A DNA stretch of 64,000 nucleotides from Oscillospiraceae bacterium (GTDB taxonomy: Bacteria; Bacillota; Clostridia; UMGS1840; HGM11507): positions 4,858 through 68,857 of the forward strand of contig SVKB01000011.1 in NCBI GenBank assembly GCA_015068665.1, written 5' to 3'. A model generated the notes under the pieces. That model worked only from the letters and a program-made list of their open reading frames with translations, searched no databases and had not been told where the DNA came from. Positions within the stretch are counted from its first letter, which is position 1, and each line of letters begins with the position of its first letter. Shown here piece by piece: positions 35,983 through 43,267 of this stretch. The position numbers and the translations under genes are program-made.

Positions 35983-36609
35983 ATGGACATTTTAAATGAG
36001 CTTAAATCAAAAATTCTTGAATGGGGTGCCTTTGAGGTCGGTTTTTTCAATGATGATTTCAATGGCTATAAAAACGGAATTTCCTTTTATGTTAAAATGT
36101 CGCGGGATATTTTAAGCCAGATTGATACCGCCCCAACCTATACATATTTTCATCATTACCGCACCGTTAACGCTCTTATTGACAGCATAGCGTTAAAGAC
36201 GGGGATTTTTCTTGAAAAAAACGGCTACGGCTATTTTACCGTGCCCGCTTCCCAGACGGTTAACGGTCACGACTCCTATCAGGGAATTTATTCCCATAAA
36301 AGGGGAGCCGCATTGTCGGGGCTCGGATATGTGGGAAAGAGCAGTCTTTTTATAAGCAGCAAGCATGGAAGCGGAATAAGACTTGGCACTGTTTTTACCG
36401 ACCTTGACTTAAAGGCGGAAAATAAAATTTTAAATAATCTTTGCGGTGACTGCAGAATTTGTATTGAAAGCTGTCCTGCAATGGCGATTTCAGAAGAGGG
36501 GATTGACAGAAAGTCCTGCTCGGATTATATGAAAAAAGCCTTTCAGCACATCGGCAGAGGCTCGGTTTGCGGAATATGCATAAAAAAATGTCCTCACAAC
36601 AATTTGTAA
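35983..36609 (+). CDS. 4Fe-4S dicluster protein, epoxyqueuosine reductase (QueG)-like
   Basis: 208 aa. CGDCRICIESCP and CGICIKKCP ferredoxin motifs. The preceding region resembles the QueG/reductive-dehalogenase fold. Confidence 0.55.
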   Translation: MDILNELKSKILEWGAFEVGFFNDDFNGYKNGISFYVKMSRDILSQIDTAPTYTYFHHYRTVNALIDSIALKTGIFLEKNGYGYFTVPASQTVNGHDSYQGIYSHKRGAALSGLGYVGKSSLFISSKHGSGIRLGTVFTDLDLKAENKILNNLCGDCRICIESCPAMAISEEGIDRKSCSDYMKKAFQHIGRGSVCGICIKKCPHNNL

Positions 36610-36635
36610 AAGGCGGGTTTCCCAGGGAGGTAGTT

Positions 36636-37211
36636 ATGGTTATCGGTATTATGGGCTATTCGGGCTCGGGAAAATCCACTTTATCCGAAGAGTTTAAAAA
36701 GCTTGGCGCTTTTGTTATAGATGCGGATAAAATTGGAAAGGATATATTAAGTCCGGGAAGTGAAGGTCTTAAAAAAGTGATTTCGGTATTCGGTGAAGAA
36801 TTTTTGTTTCCCGACGGAAGCTTAAACCGAAAAATGCTTGGCGAGGTTGTTTTTAAAAGCCGTGAAAAATTAGAGCTTTTAAACAGCATTACCTGGGCAC
36901 AAATAGATAAAAAAATCAAAGAAGCAGTAGCAGCCTCAGAAGAAAGGGTAACGATTATAGATTGTCCTCTTTTATATAAGGTTTCCTCATATAAGCTTTG
37001 CCATGAGGTTATTTTTATAAATACTCCCGATGAAATTCTTATAAAAAGGATAATGAAAAGAGACGGGCTTGACTATAATACTGCAAAAGCCAGGATAGAT
37101 TCCCAGAAGGATGAGGCTTTTATAAAGCATGCAACAATAATTCTTGAAAATACAAGTGTGGAAGGCTTAAAAGCCGATGCCGAAAGGCTTATGAAAGGAT
37201 GGTTAAAATGA
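36636..37211 (+). CDS. coaE: Dephospho-CoA kinase
   Basis: MVIGIMGYSGSGKSTLSEEF P-loop start behind GGGAGG. The track start at 36567 overlaps the preceding gene and is an extension. Confidence 0.9.
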   Translation: MVIGIMGYSGSGKSTLSEEFKKLGAFVIDADKIGKDILSPGSEGLKKVISVFGEEFLFPDGSLNRKMLGEVVFKSREKLELLNSITWAQIDKKIKEAVAASEERVTIIDCPLLYKVSSYKLCHEVIFINTPDEILIKRIMKRDGLDYNTAKARIDSQKDEAFIKHATIILENTSVEGLKADAERLMKGWLK

Positions 37212-38593
37212 CAAATAAGGAAGAACTTTTATTAATGAAAAGGGAGCAGGGCTACGATTCGGTAACCCAGTCACAGAAAAAGAAGATTTTCGATTTTTCC
37301 GAGGGCTATAAGGAATTTATAGGAAGGGCAAAAACCGAAAGAGTTTTTGTTAAAGACACAATTGAACTTCTAAAAAAGGAAGGCTTTAAGAAATTTTCTC
37401 CCGATATGAAATTAAAGCAGGGAGACAAGGTATATTTTGAAAACAGAAAAAGAGCTCTGATTGCAGTAAAAATGGGTAAAAAAAGCTTAAGTGAAGGGGT
37501 AAGTATGATAGGTGCGCATATTGACTCACCAAGACTTGACTTAAAGCCGATTCCCCTGTATGAGGCTGAAAATACCCTTTATATCAAAACCCACTATTAC
37601 GGCGGAATTAAAAAATATCAGTGGCCTGTAATTCCGCTTTCAATGTTCGGTACGGTTGCTCTTAAAAACGGTAAAACCGTTGATATTGTTATAGGCGAAG
37701 ACGAAAAGGATCCGATTTTCGTTATTACCGATATTCTTCCACATCTCGGAAATACCCAGTACAAGAAAACTCCTGCCGAGATTATCCATCCCGAACAGCT
37801 TAATGCTATCGGCGCTACCATTCCTTATGAGGATAAGGAGGCTTCGGGCAGAGTAAAATTAAACTTTCTAAATATTATCAATAAGAAATATAATATTACC
37901 GAGGAGGATTTTATTTCCGCGGAAATAACTCTTGTTCCTGCTCTTAAGCCAAGGGATGCGGCTATTGATTCAAGCCTTGTTGCCGCTTACGGTCAGGATG
38001 ACAGGGTTTGTGCATACACAGGTCTTATGGCACTTCTTGACTCTAAGGAAGAAGCAAAAACCCAGCTTCTTTTGCTTTCGGATAAGGAAGAGGTAGGCTC
38101 AATGGGAAATACCGGTATGCAGTCAAAATTCTTCGAATTCACATTAGAAGCACTTTGCGAAAATCAGGGAGTAAAATTAAGAGAGGCCCTGTGGAATACC
38201 GAATGTTTATCAGCCGATGTTTGTGCCGCTTATGACCCTAATTTCCCCGAAGTTTATGAAAAGAACAACTCGGTGTTCTTAAACGGAGGCGTTTCTCTTA
38301 TGAAATATTCGGGTGCAAGGGGTAAATCGGGCACCTCGGATGCAAGCGCAGAGCTTTTGGGAAAAATAAGAGGTCTTTTTGATAAGGCTTCGGTTAAATG
38401 GCAGATTGGCGAGCTTGGAAAAACCGATGAAGGCGGCGGCGGAACAATTGCACAGTTCGTGGCAAACCTGGGATGTGAGGTAATCGACTGCGGAGTTGCC
38501 CTTCTTTCAATGCACTCACCCTATGAGGTTGCTTCAAAGTATGATATTTATATGACATATAAGGCATATAAAACCTTTTTTGAAAAAGCATAG
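37208..38593 (+). CDS. M18 family aminopeptidase
   Basis: About 461 aa. GAHIDSPRLDLKP, DDRVCAY, DKEEVGS and LSMHSP motifs of aspartyl/M18 aminopeptidases. The alternative ATG at 37199 is also possible. Confidence 0.85.
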   Translation: MTNKEELLLMKREQGYDSVTQSQKKKIFDFSEGYKEFIGRAKTERVFVKDTIELLKKEGFKKFSPDMKLKQGDKVYFENRKRALIAVKMGKKSLSEGVSMIGAHIDSPRLDLKPIPLYEAENTLYIKTHYYGGIKKYQWPVIPLSMFGTVALKNGKTVDIVIGEDEKDPIFVITDILPHLGNTQYKKTPAEIIHPEQLNAIGATIPYEDKEASGRVKLNFLNIINKKYNITEEDFISAEITLVPALKPRDAAIDSSLVAAYGQDDRVCAYTGLMALLDSKEEAKTQLLLLSDKEEVGSMGNTGMQSKFFEFTLEALCENQGVKLREALWNTECLSADVCAAYDPNFPEVYEKNNSVFLNGGVSLMKYSGARGKSGTSDASAELLGKIRGLFDKASVKWQIGELGKTDEGGGGTIAQFVANLGCEVIDCGVALLSMHSPYEVASKYDIYMTYKAYKTFFEKA

Positions 38594-38935
38594 CCTTCTT
38601 AATGAGGAGAAGGTGTCAGCGATAGCTGACGGATGAGATATAAGATATAAATCCTTCGGATTTTCGATATGTTTTGCTAAAGCAAAACTCGATATGTGCT
38701 TCGCACTCGATATGTTGTCTTGCGACAACGAGACAGGTAGGGGCGTTTATTACCGCCCGAAAGCCCTCCTTGCCTAAAGGAGGGGGGACCGCTTTAGCGG
38801 TGGGAGGATTTTTGAAAAGGTGTAATATAAATCCCTATGGGATTTTCGATATGTTTTGCTAAAGCAAAACTCGATATGTGCTTCGCACTCGATATGTTCC
38901 TTTGGAACTCGATATGTTCCTTCGGAACGAGATAA
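38593..38935 (-). repeat. V module, two CATATCGAG bead arrays (inverse orientation) and a GC-rich W5 module forming the whole aminopeptidase-era spacer
   Basis: V at 38593-38637 overlaps the TAG stop. Array 1 is at 38631-38733 and array 2 at 38821-38935; both lack the CAATTTTAATTG unit. W5 at 38740-38828 equals the inverse of 42621-42700. Confidence 0.85.
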
Positions 38936-38948
38936 AAGGAGAGCTAAA

Positions 38949-39830
38949 ATGAAAAGCGGATTTATAAGCGTAGTAGGAAGAACAAATGCAGGGAAGTCAA
39001 CACTGGTCAATTCTCTTATCGGAGAAAAAATTGCAATTATCTCCAATAAGCCCCAGACCACCCGCTACAGAATTATGGGAATAAGAAATGAAGAGGAGTG
39101 TCAGATAATTTTTACCGACACTCCGGGAATACATAAGCCCAAAACCAGACTTGGCGACTTTATGATAAATGAAGCCAACGAGGCTCTTAACGATACCGAT
39201 GCGGCTCTTCTTGTAATCGAGCCGGTTGACAATGTGGGAATAAGTGAGAAAAAGCTTATTGAAATCCTTAAAAAGTCAGGTATTCCCGCAATACTTGTTA
39301 TCAATAAAATTGATACAATTAAAAAGGAAAGCCTGTTTCCCATAATTGAAAAATACTCCTCCGAGTTTGATTTCGATGCAATCATTCCCGTAAGCGCAAA
39401 AACAGGAGACGGAGTTTCGGTTTTACTTGAAGAAATAAAAAAATACTTAACTGAAGGTCCTATGTTCTTCCCCGAAGATATGGTAACCGATTCACCCATA
39501 AAGCAAAGATTATCCGAAATTGTAAGAGAAAAGCTTTTATGGTCTCTTGATAAGGAAATACCTCACGGGATTGCAATAGAGGTTACTAAAATGGATGAGG
39601 ACAAAAATAAAGTAGCCCTTGATATTACCATTTACTGTGAAAAGCAGTCCCATAAGGGAATTATTATCGGTAAGGGCGGAGAGCTTTTAAAAACAGTTGG
39701 TACAAGAGCCCGTTACGATATGGAAAAGCTTCTCGGAAAAAAAGTCGGTCTTACTCTTTGGGTTAAGGTCAAGGAGGGCTGGCGTGACAGCGTGATGCTT
39801 CTTAAAAACTTCGGGTTTAATGAGGAATAA
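38949..39830 (+). CDS. era: GTPase Era
   Basis: MKSGFISVVGRTNAGKSTLVNSL..DTPG..NKID..KH domain. ATG 38949 lies behind AAAGGAGAG. The 31 extra codons in the track (start 38856) are translated repeat sequence. Confidence 0.95.
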   Translation: MKSGFISVVGRTNAGKSTLVNSLIGEKIAIISNKPQTTRYRIMGIRNEEECQIIFTDTPGIHKPKTRLGDFMINEANEALNDTDAALLVIEPVDNVGISEKKLIEILKKSGIPAILVINKIDTIKKESLFPIIEKYSSEFDFDAIIPVSAKTGDGVSVLLEEIKKYLTEGPMFFPEDMVTDSPIKQRLSEIVREKLLWSLDKEIPHGIAIEVTKMDEDKNKVALDITIYCEKQSHKGIIIGKGGELLKTVGTRARYDMEKLLGKKVGLTLWVKVKEGWRDSVMLLKNFGFNEE

Positions 39831-40281
39831 TTTGAAAATCAGGAATTAGGAATGAAGTAAGGCAAGCATGACATATAAATGCAGAATTCAGAGTGCAGAA
39901 TGCAGAATGATATGCCGCAAGCGGCATAGTGAATTGCACCTTTCGGTGCATGAATTGTTATCAGCTTGATAACATGAATTGATTTTTACAAATCATGAAT
40001 TGTTGACTTATGTCAACATTAAGGATAGGACGGATATGCCCGAAAGTGGTTAATGAATTTAGTTGCAGTATCATATTTCTTTTTATTTAATGGACTACAC
40101 TTCATTACACCTCATCCGAGTTGCTATGCAACCCACCTTCTCCTCAAGGAGAAGGCTTTGGCATCCGTCCTTTTCTCGTTGCCGAAAGGCAACATATCGA
40201 GTGCGAAGCACATATCGAGCAATTTTAATTGCATATCGAGTTTTGCTTTAGCAAAACATATCGAAAATCCCAAAGGGATTT
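39831..40281 (+). repeat. C composite repeat starting at the era stop codon, with P hairpin split by an insertion
   Basis: AGGAAT and TGCAGAAT words, then TGAATTG 4 times. P left arm at 40027-40040 and P right arm at 40160-40171. Complete 5-hairpin CATATCGAG array at 40171-40281. Confidence 0.85.
40041..40159. repeat. 119-nt insertion in the loop of the P hairpin, carrying a V module (40108-40156)
   Basis: Intact P elsewhere reads GGACGGATATGCC-ATTC-GGCATCCGTCC. Here the arms are separated by sequence ending in CACCTCATCCG-AGTTGCTATGCAAC-CCACCTTCTCCTCAAGGAGAAGGC. Confidence 0.7.
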
Positions 40282-40318
40282 AAAAAAAGCGCCAAACGCT
40301 TTCGTTTGGTGCTTTTTA
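40282..40318. terminator. Bidirectional intrinsic terminator (era / 40337 gene)
   Basis: AAAAAAA-GCGCCAAACG-CTTT-CGTTTGGTGC-TTTTT between convergent genes. Confidence 0.7.
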
Positions 40319-40336
40319 TTGTCTCTTTAGCCAATA

Positions 40337-41065
40337 CTAATTGTATAAATATTTTAAATAATCAAAATATATTTCACTATGATAGTTTTCCAGTTCTTCT
40401 TTGATATCAAAAAGCAAGTAGATATCGTTTATGAATTCTGTTTCAGTGCATATAAATCCGGAAGATTCTACAAGATTTTTCACCAGAGAATAAATATAAG
40501 CAGTTTTATTATACACTTCGTCGAGTTTTTGATAAAATCCGTCAAGGTTTTCCTTTGATGTGAGGTCTGATAGAATAATATACATCATTTCTTTATATTT
40601 AATCAGGGAATTATAGTATTCCGATATATATTTGACATCATCTGCCAATCCCTGATAATAGGTTATATCACTATTATGAAAATAACCAGTCCAATGCGAC
40701 TTGTTGAATCTGAAATCCGAGTAAGAGTATATGTTGTCACATAAATCTGTAATTCGTCCTGCTTCATACAAACACTCAAAAACAAAAGCTATTTCCGTTT
40801 TTTCATTATATCGCATAATGGTCGCCGTATTTGTTTCTCCGTTCCATCCGACTTCACAGCCAAGAATTTCAGCTGCTTTTCTTAAAGGTACATAAGTGGT
40901 GCCGTTATAAAGAATGTTATCAGCATTTACCGGGTTTCCATTTACATTTAGGTTAACCATGTTAAAATGTACCGGAATTGTCTGCTGGCTGTTATCGGCA
41001 AGTGTTGAAACAGTGTTGAAAATAAAAATAAATACTGTTGCCAATAGTATTAATCTTTTTTTCAT
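40337..41065 (-). CDS. Secreted protein with copper-amine-oxidase-N-like (stalk) domain
   Basis: Start moved to MKKRLILLATVFIFIF (41065) behind GAGGTGG. GTTYVPLRKAAEILGCEVGWNGETNTATI motif. C-terminal helical region of unknown function. Confidence 0.65.
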   Translation of the reverse strand: MKKRLILLATVFIFIFNTVSTLADNSQQTIPVHFNMVNLNVNGNPVNADNILYNGTTYVPLRKAAEILGCEVGWNGETNTATIMRYNEKTEIAFVFECLYEAGRITDLCDNIYSYSDFRFNKSHWTGYFHNSDITYYQGLADDVKYISEYYNSLIKYKEMMYIILSDLTSKENLDGFYQKLDEVYNKTAYIYSLVKNLVESSGFICTETEFINDIYLLFDIKEELENYHSEIYFDYLKYLYN

Positions 41066-41119
41066 ATTGTCCACCTCTGAATAATTTATTTTAAAATAGT
41101 ATATCATATAATTCTATAA

Positions 41120-41139
41120 TACGCAAGTGCGTATACGCA
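41120..41139. promoter_or_regulatory. Candidate operator: TACGCA-AG-TGCGTA palindrome plus third half-site TACGCA
   Basis: Perfect 6+6 inverted repeat in the divergent region between the XRE regulator and the 40337 gene. Confidence 0.35.
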
Positions 41140-41181
41140 AAAACATAAATTATTTTAAAATGACCTTGAGAGGTGTTTTAA

Positions 41182-41424
41182 ATGGATGTTAAAGATATGG
41201 TTGTAAAAAGATTTAAGGAATTATGTGCAGAAAGAAATATGAGAATAAATGAGCTTGCGAATATATCAGGCGTTACTCCGTCAACTGCGTACAGTATGAT
41301 GGATGCCTCACGGAGAGATATATCAATAAAAACCATTAAGAAATTTTGTGATGGTCTGGAAATAACCTTGGGTGAATTTTTCTCGACAAAGGATTTTGAC
41401 AGTCTTGAGCAGGAAATACAGTAA
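41182..41424 (+). CDS. XRE-family helix-turn-helix transcriptional regulator
   Basis: 80 aa. RFKELCAERNMRINELANISGVTPSTAYSMM is a Cro/C1-type HTH. Good SD (GAGAGG). Confidence 0.8.
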   Translation: MDVKDMVVKRFKELCAERNMRINELANISGVTPSTAYSMMDASRRDISIKTIKKFCDGLEITLGEFFSTKDFDSLEQEIQ

Positions 41425-41440
41425 CGGCTTGGGTATCGGT

Positions 41441-41551
41441 TCTTTCTCGTTGCCGAAAGGCAACATATCGAGTTCCAAAGGAACATATCGAGTGCGAAGC
41501 ACATATCGAGTTTTGCCTTGGCAAAGCATATCGAAAATCCCAAAGGGATTT
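41441..41551 (+). repeat. CATATCGAG bead array (variant with extra TTCCAAAGGAA unit, lacking CAATTTTAATTG unit)
   Basis: TTTCTCG, TTGCCGAAAGGCAA, w, TTCCAAAGGAA, w, TGCGAAGCA, w, TTTTGCCTTGGCAAAG, CATATCGAA, AATCCCAAAGGGATT (w = CATATCGAG). Confidence 0.85.
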
Positions 41552-41578
41552 AAAAAAAGCACCAATTGGTGCTTTTTT
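41552..41578. terminator. Bidirectional intrinsic terminator (XRE gene / yesL)
   Basis: AAAAAAA-GCACCAATTGGTGC-TTTTTT, a perfect palindrome between convergent genes. Confidence 0.7.
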
Positions 41579-41581
41579 ATA

Positions 41582-42334
41582 TTAATCCTTTTTATATTTC
41601 TCAATTGTTCTTAGAGCATAAAGGTTTATAAGAAGGATTGAGAAGCCGTAAAAGATAAGTGAAAATGCCATATAACCGAGCAGTGTGGTCATAAAAAAGG
41701 CAATGGCATAAATCAAAATAAGAATAATTAAAATCAAAATATTCTGTGGAAGATTTATAAGGGTAAAGGCAAGTGCCTTTTTATAAATATCCCCGGTTTT
41801 TATTTTAAAGTTTACAGTAAGACAGCCGATATAAATATTCATTATAAGATAGATTACAAGGGCTATTATAAAGGCAGGCATTACCGAAGAACCAAGACCG
41901 CTTATAAAATAGAATTTAAAGGAAACGGTAAAAAGATAAAAGACAACTGCATTTACCGCAAAAATTATCAGGGATTGCTTTATATTTTCCTTTATACCGT
42001 TTAAAAAATCGCTCATAATAAATACCGGCTTTTCCTCGGCTAAGTATGATGCCACACGGCAAAAACCGAAGGTAACGGGTGAAATTCCCACCAAAGTAAA
42101 GTAAAGGGCTGAAAATATATTGAAAATATACTCTCCGCCGGGGCTTAACCCAAGCTCGTGCTTTACTGCCTCCATAAAAACTGCAAAAATTGCAATTAAT
42201 GGAATGGCAAGAAAATTTATGAAGAATATTTTTGTAAAATAAAGGTATGAGCTGTAGAAAAACTGAAAAAAACCATTTTTCCGTTTTTCTCCCTTTTCCA
42301 CACCCTTACCGGGTTTTGAATAGTTGTTAAACAT
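41582..42334 (-). CDS. YesL family membrane protein (DUF624)
   Basis: Start moved to MFNNYSKPGKGVEKGEKRKNGFFQFF (42334) behind GAGG; this N-terminus is typical of YesL. Associated with a sugar ABC locus. The track start at 42397 lies inside a repeat. Confidence 0.75.
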   Translation of the reverse strand: MFNNYSKPGKGVEKGEKRKNGFFQFFYSSYLYFTKIFFINFLAIPLIAIFAVFMEAVKHELGLSPGGEYIFNIFSALYFTLVGISPVTFGFCRVASYLAEEKPVFIMSDFLNGIKENIKQSLIIFAVNAVVFYLFTVSFKFYFISGLGSSVMPAFIIALVIYLIMNIYIGCLTVNFKIKTGDIYKKALAFTLINLPQNILILIILILIYAIAFFMTTLLGYMAFSLIFYGFSILLINLYALRTIEKYKKD

Positions 42335-42363
42335 AAATACCTCTTTAGAAATCACAAATAAAG

Positions 42364-42625
42364 GATAATATGCCACAAGTGGCATAATGAATTGCACCTT
42401 GCGGTGCGTGAATTGTTATCAATCTGATAACATGAATTGATTTTTTAAAAATCATGAATTGTTGACTTATGTCAACATTAAGGATAGGACGGATATGCCA
42501 TTCGGCATCCGTCCTTTTCTCGTTGCCGTAAGGCAACATATCGAGTTCCAAAGGAACATATCGAGTGCGAAGCACATATCGAGTTTGCAAGGCAAACATA
42601 TCGAAAATCCCATAGGGATTTATAT
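42364..42625 (+). repeat. C composite repeat, 5-prime truncated (TGAATTG array, intact P hairpin 42486-42515, CATATCGAG array 42515-42625)
   Basis: Same module order as 11476-11750. The array has TTGCCGTAAGGCAA and TTCCAAAGGAA units and lacks the CAATTTTAATTG unit. Confidence 0.85.
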
Positions 42626-42740
42626 TACACCTTTTCAAAAATCCTCCCACCGCTAAAGCGGTCCCCCCCTCCTTTAGGCAAGGAGGGCTTTGCAATGTGC
42701 CTGCCCTTCGGCAAGCACATTATTTTTCTATATATCCCCT
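42626..42740. repeat. GC-rich W5 module and variant long hairpin AATGTGCCTGCC-CTTC-GGCAAGCACATT
   Basis: 42621-42700 is the inverse of 38740-38828. The hairpin at 42686-42718 shares outer stem bases with the AAATGTG..CACATTT hairpin of the T units but has a different inner stem. Confidence 0.65.
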
Positions 42741-42965
42741 GCTTTGCGATTTATTCCTTATTTTATCAAGCGCCTTTAACATTAGTGTTATTCCGTACCT
42801 TGTACGGAGTGATATTTTTGATAAATCAAAAGTGTTATTGAAACCTGACGGTTTCAGTGGTATTTTATCCGCCTTTATTAAGCTGTGCGAAGCACAATAC
42901 CACTGCGCAGCAATATCACTTGCTAACAGCAAATATCACTCGCCGTAAGGCGAATAAAACTGCAA
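42741..42965 (-). repeat. GTGATAT dyad bead array (Q), inverse copy of 62340-62575
   Basis: Shadow ORFs 42720..42932 and 62379..62582 translate identically for about 63 aa, and 42697..42948 versus 62363..62617 for about 68 aa. The DNA is therefore essentially identical. Confidence 0.85.
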
Positions 42966-43262
42966 AGCTCCGCTTTGCAAAGTCCGGGGAATTTTACATC
43001 TTTTTTATGGCGGTGGCTCGATGCCTCCGCCATAAAACGAAAGATAGGAAAAATTTCTTGGATTGGACGAAAATCACCCGAAGGTGTATTAAATACATCG
43101 AGAGGGGATTTTCGTTCAAAATGCAAAGCTTTTAATTCCATAAATCGCTTTGCGATTTATTCCTTATTTTATCAAGTGCCTTTAACATTTAATTACGGTA
43201 TAAGTACATCGCTTTCTTTATATATATTGCTTTGCATGGTCCGGGGAATTTTTACATCTTTC
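42966..43262 (-). repeat. T-type unit, inverse near-copy of 33170-33430, ending 5 nt from the stop of the 904-aa gene
   Basis: Contains an R junction (43067-43115) and a GCATCGAGCC-loop hairpin with an altered but still complementary stem (43003-43037). Confidence 0.8.
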
Positions 43263-43267
43263 TAATT

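Noticed and set aside
38856-38948. Upstream starts given by the ORF track for era (38856), rny (26909), coaE (36567), rsmD (28489), xerD (14859), yesL (42397), the 40337 gene (41107), the HAD gene (53469), the trmH-like gene (63055) and yqfC (31062).
   Set aside because: In each case an internal start codon is preceded by a good SD at 5-9 nt and yields the canonical family N-terminus. The extensions run into repeats, upstream genes or leaders.
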